Shown: one piece after another, positions 41,788 to 50,049 of the stretch
How the letters are laid out: each line of letters opens with the position of its first letter
Numbering within the stretch: the first letter of the stretch is position 1
Assembly: GCA_964477065.1 (NCBI GenBank)
Contig: CAYZCU010000001.1
Span: 26,042-77,487, forward strand
From: an uncultured Gammaproteobacteria bacterium
GTDB lineage: Bacteria > Patescibacteriota > Microgenomatia > UBA1406 > HO2-37-13b
Direction of reading: 5' to 3'
Length of the DNA stretch: 51,446 nt
Notes under the pieces: generated by a model
What the model was told of the DNA's origin: nothing
The model's database searches: none
What the model saw: only the letters and a program-made list of their open reading frames with translations
Position numbers and translations under genes: made by a program

Positions 41788-43140
41788 TTAGTCTTGAGTT
41801 GATTTCGCATACAAGGTTGGAAGATGCACATCAATACGTTCCATGTCGCGAGGGAACAGTGTTGCTTCACGAATGTTTTTCAGATCTAAAATATTCATGA
41901 CAATGCGCTCACAGCCAAATGAAAATCCACCTTCTGGTGGCATGCCGTAGCGAAATGCTTGCATGTACAACTCACTTTTGGCAATATCGACACCTCGCTC
42001 GTGTGCTTTTTGTAAAAGAACTTCGGGGTTGTGAATGCGCTGACCGCCCGTCAACCATTCAACACCGTGTCCGAGCAGATCAAATCCAAGTGTGTAGCCA
42101 AGATCGTCAGGATCTTCGAAGTGATAAAACGGTCGCTTTGATGTTGGGTAATGTGATACCCAAACCATATCGATCCCATGCGTCTCCTGTGCCCATCGAC
42201 ACAGCTCTCGTTCATCTTCAGGTTCAAGGTCGGGCTCTTGGCGATTATCACGCCCTGTGCGCTCAAAAATAATCTGCTGGCCTTCTCGAAGTTTGATACG
42301 TGGAATAGTCTTTGTCATGTCTGGAAGGGTCACATTGTGCATGCGCAATTCGTCTGCACAGCGCTTGCCAACTTCATCAATAATAAACTTGATTGTATAC
42401 TCAGCCATGTCAACAACATCTGTCCATGAGTCGATAAATCCAAGCTCCGCATCAAGCGCTGTTGCTTCAGTTAAGTGACGAGTGGTCACGGATGGCTCTG
42501 CTCGCATGATCTTCGTCACGGTAAAAACGCGCTCAAAAATACTCACCATGATTTGCTTATAAAATTGTGGACTCTGTGAAAGATATGCCTTGTAATCAAA
42601 ATATGGGACTTCAAATACCTCAGATCCCCCTTCTGCAATTTCAGGAATCAGGATAGGGGCTTGAAATTCGGTGAACTTTTTTGCCTGCAAGGCTTTGCGG
42701 AACGCATCGACAACAACCTCTTGGACTTTGAAAATGGCTTTCACTTTAGCATTTCGTAAGGTGAGGGAGCGATTATCCAGAAGCACGGGAAGCGTTACTC
42801 CAAGATCAGGTTTACTTACCTCAAAAGGAAGCGTCTGTGCGAATGATACGATCTCGATAGTTTCTATAGCCAGCTCGATTGTCCCTGTGGGGAGCTCTGT
42901 ATTGACCATCGTCTCTGGACGTTTGTTGACAACACCTGTAAGTGTGAGGACTGATTCAGGAGTGATAGTCCGTGCGAGCTCAACCGTTGGACCAAATGCG
43001 ACACATTGGATCTTGCCTGTTGCATCTCTTAAATCGATAAAGATCACCTTTTTATGATCGCGAATGGTATCTGCCCATCCGCGAAGGGTTACTTTCTGGT
43101 CTATCGCAGTAAGGGCATCAGTGACAGAGAAGGATTTCAT
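41788..43140 (-). CDS. aspS: aspartyl-tRNA synthetase, short archaeal/eukaryal-type (no GAD insertion)
   Basis: OB fold VTLRGWADTIRD, LSQSPQFYKQ, motif 2 MRAEPSVTTRHLTEATALDAE, motif 3 GGFSFGCERIVM; 450 aa. Confidence 0.8.
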   Translation of the reverse strand: MKSFSVTDALTAIDQKVTLRGWADTIRDHKKVIFIDLRDATGKIQCVAFGPTVELARTITPESVLTLTGVVNKRPETMVNTELPTGTIELAIETIEIVSFAQTLPFEVSKPDLGVTLPVLLDNRSLTLRNAKVKAIFKVQEVVVDAFRKALQAKKFTEFQAPILIPEIAEGGSEVFEVPYFDYKAYLSQSPQFYKQIMVSIFERVFTVTKIMRAEPSVTTRHLTEATALDAELGFIDSWTDVVDMAEYTIKFIIDEVGKRCADELRMHNVTLPDMTKTIPRIKLREGQQIIFERTGRDNRQEPDLEPEDERELCRWAQETHGIDMVWVSHYPTSKRPFYHFEDPDDLGYTLGFDLLGHGVEWLTGGQRIHNPEVLLQKAHERGVDIAKSELYMQAFRYGMPPEGGFSFGCERIVMNILDLKNIREATLFPRDMERIDVHLPTLYAKSTQD

Positions 43141-43146
43141 ATGGGT

Positions 43147-43152
43147 ATTATA
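43147..43152 (-). promoter_or_regulatory. -10 box TATAAT, 6 nt from ATG 43140 (leaderless aspS)
   Basis: Minus strand reads AAGCTATAATacccatATG. Confidence 0.5.
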
Positions 43153-43187
43153 GCTTGCACAGAGGCGGAGAGCAAGAAGAGGTGATG

Positions 43188-43529
43188 TTATCTCATTGTC
43201 ACATCTGGCATCCTTGTATTATAGTTATGACTCCAATCAAAGGGAGCACTACATGATCCACATAAACCTTTTCCCTGACGAAGCAAGCGCATAAGTACTT
43301 TATCTAGGTAGGTATCAACTTTGTATATAGACAAGTCAAAATAGTCGATTGTGTCAATAATTCCTCTGCCATGGCACTCACCTCGAGAAATAAAAGCAGA
43401 TCGGTGAGGAGGAATGTCAATCTCTTGGCCTTTTCTGTAAAAGACTCCTCGATACCTCTTCTCCAATTGTTCTGCCTTTTTAATTTGAAAAAGCCTTACC
43501 CGTCGTCTGAATGCTTCTTGTGAACCCAT
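43188..43529 (-). CDS. hypothetical protein (113 aa, basic N-terminus)
   Basis: ORF with a TAGAAT box (43537..43542) 7 nt upstream of its ATG. No motif recognised with confidence. Confidence 0.4.
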   Translation of the reverse strand: MGSQEAFRRRVRLFQIKKAEQLEKRYRGVFYRKGQEIDIPPHRSAFISRGECHGRGIIDTIDYFDLSIYKVDTYLDKVLMRLLRQGKGLCGSCSAPFDWSHNYNTRMPDVTMR

Positions 43530-43553
43530 GGAGAGAATTCTACAGCAATAAAG

Positions 43554-45242
43554 CTATTCGTCAAGTCTCTCAAGTTTCTTGATCATCCCCTGCAAACTTT
43601 CCCGTCCATTCCACACATTGATATCCAGCGTGTACTGCACGGATACAGCATCCCCGTGAGTAAGAGCGAGGATCTCCGGAGAGGCATTAAATGAAATCAT
43701 CTCGCAGGTTTTATTGTTATAACGAATAAGCAATTTCACATGAGAGCCTGTCTTTCCCATAGGACGGATGTCGTCAATCTCCCCGTTTGACATGAAAACA
43801 GGATTCTGAAATTGCATGCCAAATGGCCCTAGTTCTGCAAGTGCCCGTGCAAGTTGAAGAGAGGTATTTGAAAGTGGCATCGCAATATCTATGGTTTCAA
43901 TTGGAATCAACATCTCATCCGTTATCTCCTGTTCGGACTTGTCATGCACAGCTTGCGTAAATGCATCGATCTGATCACATTCAATCGTAAACCCACCTGC
44001 AGCTGCATGTCCGCCCACATCAACAAGATAGTCTTTGAGATCAACAAGAAAATTGGTAATATGTACCCCTTCAACGGACCGCACTGATGCCTTCGCAAAT
44101 TTCTCAGAAAGGGACATGACAATCGTCGGCCGATAAAAAGTCTGAAGAACCTTTCCAGCAATCAAGCCAATAATACCTTCTTCCCATGCATCAGAGGCCA
44201 GCACAATAACCTTATCACTCGGATTGACCATTTTCAAAGCATCGCTGACTGCCATTTGAACCTTTTTTTGTCTATCAGTGTTAATAGTTTCTGCTTTTTT
44301 TGCTAAGTCAGTCGCTTTCTCAATCGACGTCGTGCACAATAGACGCAAGGCATCCATCGCATGCTCAAGCCGACCAAATGCATTGATTCGTGGCGCTATC
44401 ATATATCCCACATGATAGGCAGTGACAGGTTTTGTTGGATCAATACCTGCTGTGCGCATCAACTCTCGCAAACCCATGCGGTTTGTCGTACTCAGCGCAT
44501 TCAGACCTGCTCGGGCAAGTGCTCGCGATGGGCCAACAAGTGGCACAAGATCAGCAATAATCCCAATTGAAGCAAGCGCCACATAATCGCTACGAAAAAG
44601 ATAGGTAATATGTTCGTGATTTTGGACATGCCCCATCGACTCCACTAGATGCTTCGCAAAAAAATATGCCACGCCAGCTCCAGAAACAGCTGATGTATGA
44701 AACACGGCAAACGCATCGGGTGGGTGGCCATTTTGCATATGATGATGATCCGTCACGATGATCGGCACGCCCTTTTGCTTAGCGTGGGTAATCTGCTCGT
44801 GCGCAACAATGCCATGATCGACGCTGATGATAAGCGCTGGGTTGTGCTGGGCAATAACATGGTCAATGCCTTCGTGCGAAAAGCCATATCCTTCCGATCG
44901 CGCAGGGACGTAGGGCATGACATTGAATCCAAGCTTATGGAGAGCTTCCCACATGATCGCTCCGCCCGTGACGCCATCGGCGTCGTAGTCAGTGTAGACC
45001 ACGATCGGGGCGTGAGAGGCGTGGAGGTCGGCGAGGAGATTGGAGGTGCGGTCGAGGGCAGACCGGATCTCGTAACCGGCAGGTTGGTCGTGAGAAAGAA
45101 GATCGATGAGGTTGATATCAGTTGGATGTTTCGGATGGAGAAAGTCTTGCATGTCCTCGACATGACGATCTGCAAGTAGGTTTTGGACGAGCACTTCAGG
45201 GTCTACTTCACTTTCGTAGGTGCGAATAATACGTCGAGGCAT
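43554..45242 (-). CDS. recJ: single-stranded-DNA-specific exonuclease RecJ
   Basis: DHH motifs DYDADGVTG, SVDHGI and VTDHHH, plus the DHHA1 region GGHAAAGG. Start set at ATG 45242, 6 nt after TGgTATACT. Confidence 0.85.
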   Translation of the reverse strand: MPRRIIRTYESEVDPEVLVQNLLADRHVEDMQDFLHPKHPTDINLIDLLSHDQPAGYEIRSALDRTSNLLADLHASHAPIVVYTDYDADGVTGGAIMWEALHKLGFNVMPYVPARSEGYGFSHEGIDHVIAQHNPALIISVDHGIVAHEQITHAKQKGVPIIVTDHHHMQNGHPPDAFAVFHTSAVSGAGVAYFFAKHLVESMGHVQNHEHITYLFRSDYVALASIGIIADLVPLVGPSRALARAGLNALSTTNRMGLRELMRTAGIDPTKPVTAYHVGYMIAPRINAFGRLEHAMDALRLLCTTSIEKATDLAKKAETINTDRQKKVQMAVSDALKMVNPSDKVIVLASDAWEEGIIGLIAGKVLQTFYRPTIVMSLSEKFAKASVRSVEGVHITNFLVDLKDYLVDVGGHAAAGGFTIECDQIDAFTQAVHDKSEQEITDEMLIPIETIDIAMPLSNTSLQLARALAELGPFGMQFQNPVFMSNGEIDDIRPMGKTGSHVKLLIRYNNKTCEMISFNASPEILALTHGDAVSVQYTLDINVWNGRESLQGMIKKLERLDE

Positions 45243-45248
45243 GAAGAA

Positions 45249-45257
45249 AGTATACCA
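45249..45257 (-). promoter_or_regulatory. extended -10 TGgTATACT, 6 nt from ATG 45242 (leaderless recJ)
   Basis: Minus strand reads CTTGGTATACTttcttcATG. Confidence 0.5.
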
Positions 45258-45342
45258 AGCTTCGATGCAATGCGTGCTCATGTAGGTCCGGTCTGTAACA
45301 GATCCGATCTCCGTTTTCATGAATTTTTCATAACTCGCGTGA

Positions 45343-45348
45343 TAGAAT
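45343..45348 (+). promoter_or_regulatory. -10 box TAGAAT, 5 nt from ATG 45354 (cca)
   Basis: gaTAGAATatgatATG. Confidence 0.4.
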
Positions 45349-45353
45349 ATGAT

Positions 45354-46778
45354 ATGGCTTATCAGATGGACCTTCCCGAACATGTTCGCACTTTTACAGA
45401 CCTCTTCTTTGATCGAGGATATCGTGTATATCCAGTTGGGGGATGTGTGCGAGATTCATTGCTGGGAAAGCCCGTCGTCGATTGGGATTTCACGACAGAC
45501 TGCACTCCAGAAATGATGCTGACGTTTATTCCTCACGCGAAATACGAAAATAGCTTTGGGACAGTCCTTGTGCCCATCATCCTTTCCGCCGATGAAACCC
45601 AATTGTTTGAAATAACACCGTTTCGAACAGAAAGCATGTATACAAACAACCGTCATCCTGACGCGATAGAATGGGCTCAAACACTTGATGAAGATGTGCA
45701 ACGACGTGATTTTACAATAAATGCACTCGCTTATGACATCCAGAGCGCAACAATCATAGATCTGGTTGAGGGTAAACACGACCTCGAAGCGCGGTGCATA
45801 CGGGCTGTTGGAAATCCAAAAATTCGCTTTCAAGAAGATGCCCTCCGGATGCTCCGCGCAATTCGCTTTTCTGCACAGCTTGGCTTTACTATTGAGAAGA
45901 AAACATTGCTCGCCCTTTCAGAGCAATCTCATTTGATACAAAATATTTCGTGGGAACGTATTCGAGATGAGCTCACAAAAATTATCATGGCTCCGCAAAA
46001 ACCCGAACCAAGCCCACAACACTCCACAACCGATCAACCGAGCCCTTTCTTGCTCCTGCACCAAACAGGCCTTCTGAAATACATCCTCCCTGAACTTGAT
46101 GCTTGTTTTGGCGTCGATCAAAAAAGCCCCGAGCGCCACCACCAATTTGATGTGGGGACACATCTCGTCGAAGCTCTTCGCAATTGTCCATCAACAAACC
46201 CGGTCGTTCGCTGGGCAACCCTCTTGCATGACATCGGCAAGGCTCAAACCCGCGCCGTTGATCCAGATACAGGGATCACAACCTTTTACAACCACGAGGT
46301 TGTGGGAGCAGAGCAAGCGGACGCTCTTGCACGACGACTGAAGTTTTCAAAGAAAGATCGAGAGCTCCTTGTGAATCTCATTCGACAGCATATGTTTTCT
46401 GTTGAAGAAACACAAACAGATAAATCTATTAGGCGATTCATCCGTCGCGTTGGCAAAGAACATATTCAAGATATGCTTGATATTCGGACTGCTGACAGGC
46501 TTGGCTCTGGCACGCCTGAGACATCATGGCGCACAGAACTTTTCAAGAAACGTATTGACGACGTTCAAGAAATGCCTTTTGAAATTCGAGATCTCGCAAT
46601 CAAAGGGGAGCATATCATGGAAAGACTTGCTCTGAAACCAAGCCCTATCATCGGCACAATTCTCAAGGCCTTATTTGAAGAAGTGGTTGATGGGACGCTC
46701 ACGAACGAGTTGGAAGCGTTGATTGCCCGTATGGAAGAGCTTGCCCCAGAAATCCTCAGCACACTTGCAGAAGAGTAA
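45354..46778 (+). CDS. cca: CCA-adding enzyme / poly(A) polymerase-family nucleotidyltransferase with HD domain
   Basis: YPVGGCVRDSLLG and DWDFTT (nucleotidyltransferase motifs), RRDFTINALA, HD domain LLHDIGK. Start at 45354 (or 45366); the tracked 5' extension overlaps recJ. Confidence 0.85.
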   Translation: MAYQMDLPEHVRTFTDLFFDRGYRVYPVGGCVRDSLLGKPVVDWDFTTDCTPEMMLTFIPHAKYENSFGTVLVPIILSADETQLFEITPFRTESMYTNNRHPDAIEWAQTLDEDVQRRDFTINALAYDIQSATIIDLVEGKHDLEARCIRAVGNPKIRFQEDALRMLRAIRFSAQLGFTIEKKTLLALSEQSHLIQNISWERIRDELTKIIMAPQKPEPSPQHSTTDQPSPFLLLHQTGLLKYILPELDACFGVDQKSPERHHQFDVGTHLVEALRNCPSTNPVVRWATLLHDIGKAQTRAVDPDTGITTFYNHEVVGAEQADALARRLKFSKKDRELLVNLIRQHMFSVEETQTDKSIRRFIRRVGKEHIQDMLDIRTADRLGSGTPETSWRTELFKKRIDDVQEMPFEIRDLAIKGEHIMERLALKPSPIIGTILKALFEEVVDGTLTNELEALIARMEELAPEILSTLAEE

Positions 46779-47013
46779 TTTATTTCCTTCCACTACTTGG
46801 CGTGCATTTCCTTCTGCCTCGACAGTCTTCAGTAACCCATCGTGTAGCTCCTTCAACTTGATGCCCGACTCTAACTGATGAAGCATCAACTCTCGGTGGC
46901 TTCACAACTGGCTTTTCCGTCCCATTACCCTTTTCACGTTCAATATACATTTTTTGATAGTATGAATGAATAAAAATTGGAGTATAGCAAATCTTCAGAT
47001 TCCATTTCAAGGC

Positions 47014-47044
47014 AAAAAAAACAGCGACACGAAGTCGCTGTTTT
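47014..47044. terminator. bidirectional intrinsic terminator (strong for the minus-strand PPIase gene)
   Basis: A8-ACAGCGAC-acgaa-GTCGCTGT-TTTT: an 8-bp stem, with T8 after the hairpin on the minus strand. Confidence 0.7.
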
Positions 47045-47061
47045 CAAAACCGCCAAACCTT

Positions 47062-47715
47062 TTACTTTCCTTTCAATATTTCGATACTTTCAATCGTCAC
47101 ATCTTTCACTGGTCGATCTTGTGGTCCAACCTGCACTTCTGCAATAGCATTAACCACATCCATCCCCTCTGTCACGCGACCAAAGATAGTATGCATACCA
47201 TTAAGCCATGGCGTTGGAGCATGAGTAATGAAAAACTGTGAGCCATTTGTATCTGGTCCACGATTTGCCATTGCCAATATTCCTGGTTCATCAAATTCTT
47301 CAGGTGAAAATTCATCTTCAAACATATATCCAGGACCTCCAGTGCCGTTGCCATCAGGATCACCACCTTGGATCATAAACCCTTTGATCACGCGATGAAA
47401 AATCGTGCCATCGTAAAATCCCTTTTGTGCGAGAACGACAAAGTTATTGACGGTCATTGGCGTGTCTTTGGCAGTCAGTGCAATCGTAATATCGCCCATA
47501 CTTGTTTTAATACGAGCACTATATTGAGCATTTTCATCAATCTCCATCGCTGGCGCTTTTCCGTTTTCTTCTTTCATAGTTTGTTCACCTCCTTTTTTTT
47601 GTGTCGTAGTTGTCTCTGTGGGTTTCTTTACCCCGATGTATGGTAGTCCAAAGCGAATAAAAAGAACACCCAGAACCAATCCAATTCCAGCAACAATGAG
47701 TATATCTTTTTTCAT
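47062..47715 (-). CDS. ppiB: membrane-anchored cyclophilin-type peptidyl-prolyl isomerase
   Basis: [15 protein letters not shown] and [20 protein letters not shown]-terminal TM segment. Start at ATG 47715 (7 nt after TATAAT); ATG 47724 is an alternative. Confidence 0.85.
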   Translation of the reverse strand: MKKDILIVAGIGLVLGVLFIRFGLPYIGVKKPTETTTTQKKGGEQTMKEENGKAPAMEIDENAQYSARIKTSMGDITIALTAKDTPMTVNNFVVLAQKGFYDGTIFHRVIKGFMIQGGDPDGNGTGGPGYMFEDEFSPEEFDEPGILAMANRGPDTNGSQFFITHAPTPWLNGMHTIFGRVTEGMDVVNAIAEVQVGPQDRPVKDVTIESIEILKGK

Positions 47716-47722
47716 GCGCTTC

Positions 47723-47732
47723 ATTATATACT
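47723..47732. promoter_or_regulatory. overlapping divergent -10 boxes (TATAAT on minus, TATACT on plus)
   Basis: Minus strand: TATAAT (47728..47723), 7 nt from ATG 47715. Plus strand: TATACT (47727..47732), 6 nt from ATG 47739. Confidence 0.45.
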
Positions 47733-47738
47733 ATTGAC

Positions 47739-48008
47739 ATGACCATCGAAACTATCTTTTACACGCTTGGCGTTATCTCCATGACCATCATGCTTGGCGT
47801 CATGATTGGGTTGATTGTGATGATTATTCGTGTACGATCAGCTCTCATCTCATTTCGTGATGGATTTGCAGGCAAGGTTATTGGCATTCTTCGCGAAAAA
47901 AATATGAAAGTGGCGTCCGCACTTGGGTTGACGCTTGCCCATTATTTTATGAATACGATGAAGAAAAATTTTGCAGAAAAGGCTCGCTCTCGAGAAAACA
48001 ATTCTTAA
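47739..48008 (+). CDS. hypothetical small membrane protein (89 aa)
   Basis: One strong N-terminal TM segment and a leaderless-type promoter. Confidence 0.4.
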   Translation: MTIETIFYTLGVISMTIMLGVMIGLIVMIIRVRSALISFRDGFAGKVIGILREKNMKVASALGLTLAHYFMNTMKKNFAEKARSRENNS

Positions 48009-48871
48009 AGGGCAACGGAGCTTTCAGTCAGAATATACATCTCTCTGTTGTATTCACCCACACCGACAAATTCGCCTTTCCCTTTTATTACGGCTTCGTA
48101 TGGCGCACAGTGACGACAGCCATTTTTTTCATCAACTTCACAATTAAAATGATTGAGCTGGCGGGCCAATTTGATCCGCTTGGCAATCTGCATAATCTGT
48201 TGTTTGGCGGTATCTTCATCCGGAAGTGCCACTTCCTCTGGCGTATCTGAGAGTTGCATGTACCAGTAACTCATCTTCTCAATTTTTCGCGATTGTGTAT
48301 GCAACAAAAGTAGTAAATATATGGGCAACTGCAATGATCCCTCTTTTTCCCGTGTCCTCCCTGTCTTAAAATCCAGCACATGAATACTATCAGTTGCTTC
48401 AAGATATTCGATCCAGTCAATCTTTCCACAAAGAATCATATTATCTTCTTCTGAAAACCAGTAGTTGGGAAGATCTTGTTTCAAGCGGAGTGCCTTGTTG
48501 GCAAGGGGTCCGGGATGCTGTTGGACAGTCTGCACCATCTGAAGCGCTCGGTTTTTGTAGTCATTTTCCAGATCATCAGATTGAAAGCCTCCCTTTTTAC
48601 CAGCGATGGTCTCCCACATGCGCGTGATACGATTTTCAAGAGGTTCTCCAAAACGCTGATCAACGGGCAGGCTGGCTAATTCATCTAAAGCACCATGAAC
48701 AACCTGTCCAAGCGCAAGAGCTGGCTTAATGATAGAAATTTTCTTCCCCGAACGAGGATTTTTGTACATGTTTGCATAATAATACAAGCGCGGACATTTC
48801 AGAAAATCAGAAATAGAAGAATGCGAAAGCCAGATAGCTCCATACTTGTCATCATCTGTTTTGGGTTGCAT
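48005..48871 (-). CDS. PD-(D/E)XK nuclease, Cas4/AddB-like with Cys cluster
   Basis: LSHSSISDFLKCPRLYYY, GKIDWIEY...VLDFKTGR (D...D/ExK) and C-terminal CEVDEKNGCRHCAPYEAV (one N-terminal Cys plus three C-terminal Cys, as in Cas4 Fe-S nucleases). TGgTATACT lies 10 nt upstream. Confidence 0.65.
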   Translation of the reverse strand: MQPKTDDDKYGAIWLSHSSISDFLKCPRLYYYANMYKNPRSGKKISIIKPALALGQVVHGALDELASLPVDQRFGEPLENRITRMWETIAGKKGGFQSDDLENDYKNRALQMVQTVQQHPGPLANKALRLKQDLPNYWFSEEDNMILCGKIDWIEYLEATDSIHVLDFKTGRTREKEGSLQLPIYLLLLLHTQSRKIEKMSYWYMQLSDTPEEVALPDEDTAKQQIMQIAKRIKLARQLNHFNCEVDEKNGCRHCAPYEAVIKGKGEFVGVGEYNREMYILTESSVAL

Positions 48872-48891
48872 AGCTGAGGATAGTATACCAG

Positions 48892-49269
48892 TTATCGGTT
48901 CTGGGGATAGACAACAAGAACACCTTTATCATGAGGGTACGTAGCAATAGGAGAATCGAGACTTTGTCGAATAACAGATGTCGCACCTAAATGCCATACC
49001 TCATCTTTTAGTCTGTAAACTGAGGAAGGGTCACTAAACCTTCTTCCGACAGCTCTTATAAGTAAGTTGGGATCATAATCATATACACCATTATTGGTGA
49101 CTTGTAGATACACACCTGCTCCTCGTTGAATATTACGCTGCAGAGCCTCCCTCATAAAAGGTAATAGGCGACCATGACCATGCCCAAAACTCTCAAATGA
49201 GAGTGTCTCAGCAATTTGTGCGACATGCCTTTTCGATACACTTTGTCCTTGTGCAAGTTCGATTTTCAT
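48892..49269 (-). CDS. unknown-family protein, paralog A (125 aa)
   Basis: Shares with paralogs B and C the pattern sF.eav...G.G(V/L)(Y/F)...(A/L)(V/M/L)G...L(K/N)(R/L)(L/F)K...YP(Q/E) at the C-terminus. Starts 2 nt after the stop of B. Confidence 0.5.
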   Translation of the reverse strand: MKIELAQGQSVSKRHVAQIAETLSFESFGHGHGRLLPFMREALQRNIQRGAGVYLQVTNNGVYDYDPNLLIRAVGRRFSDPSSVYRLKDEVWHLGATSVIRQSLDSPIATYPHDKGVLVVYPQNR

Positions 49270-49271
49270 AG

Positions 49272-49751
49272 TTAAAAATGTTGAGGATATGTAAGTAGAA
49301 CACCTCGTGAATGGTGGAAAGTATGTGGATGTTGCAATGGATACGCATCAGCTTTGAAGTCATAACCGACTGCTGATACACAACGCTTTAATCGTTTCAG
49401 TGAACGAGCATCACCTGCTGTATATCCCATTGTAGCCAAAAGAAGAGTTGAAGAATTATACTGCTCAAAAACTCGAAAAAATAGCCCACCTCCAGGATGG
49501 ATATTATGCCTTACAACTCCACGAACTGCCTCTCTAAAGCTTTGTGTTACAGGGGCAAGTGATGTCCCAATGGTAATATTTTCAAGAACAGATTCAGGTA
49601 ATCGATGAATTTGGCCTTTTGACTGCAATTCGATCAACATATCTGCATATAGTACCAAAGTTTGCTGAGACGTCAACGAGCATTTATCGATTTCGGGGAG
49701 CACGAAAGAGGATGCCTGCTGAACTTGCTCCTCTGAAAGCTCTATATGCAT
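49272..49751 (-). CDS. unknown-family protein, paralog B (159 aa)
   Basis: MHIELSEEQ parallels MKIELAQGQ of paralog A. It also has PGGGLFFRV and GVLLTYPQHF. Confidence 0.5.
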   Translation of the reverse strand: MHIELSEEQVQQASSFVLPEIDKCSLTSQQTLVLYADMLIELQSKGQIHRLPESVLENITIGTSLAPVTQSFREAVRGVVRHNIHPGGGLFFRVFEQYNSSTLLLATMGYTAGDARSLKRLKRCVSAVGYDFKADAYPLQHPHTFHHSRGVLLTYPQHF

Positions 49752-50049
49752 CTGGGTTCATTTCTGGATATGAATGAGCTACAACTGTAACCGGGTGATA
49801 TCCTTCAGTGTATGTTTTAAATAAGTTGAGAGCTCGCAGATCGAAGGGCCCACCGAGAGCATCTACGTAAATATCCCCATCTCGATACACCCCAAGACCC
49901 CTATCATTTTCAGGAAAATGAGATAGAACAACTCCTTGAAGAAACGATGTAGCTGTTCTATCTTGAGACAACCCAAGAAGCCTTGCTGCATGTACTACCT
50001 CAGGATGAAGACCATAAAAATCTGCTTTCCGACATTCAACTACTTTCAT
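49684..50049 (-). CDS. unknown-family protein, paralog C (121 aa; C-terminal 23 aa overlap paralog B)
   Basis: RGLGVYRDG...ALNLFK...VVAHSYPEMN, followed by a 23-aa tail read over the start of B. ATGA overlap with the secF stop. Confidence 0.45.
   Translation of the reverse strand: MKVVECRKADFYGLHPEVVHAARLLGLSQDRTATSFLQGVVLSHFPENDRGLGVYRDGDIYVDALGGPFDLRALNLFKTYTEGYHPVTVVAHSYPEMNPDAYRAFRGASSAGILFRAPRNR

Noticed and set aside
41778-41870. Long N-terminal extension of the D-Ala-D-Ala carboxypeptidase overlapping aspS by 83 nt
   Set aside because: The extension (MKQHCSLATWNVLMCIFQPCMRNQ...) is not signal-peptide-like and overlaps the conserved aspS C-terminus. ATG 41777 gives a sensible N-terminal membrane anchor.
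45183-45383. 200-nt mutual overlap of the recJ (43554..45383) and cca (45183..46778) ORF calls
   Set aside because: Both 5' extensions lack homology to RecJ or CCA N-termini. Internal ATGs at 45242 and 45354 are each preceded by a -10 box at leaderless spacing, which yields a normal 111-nt divergent intergenic region.
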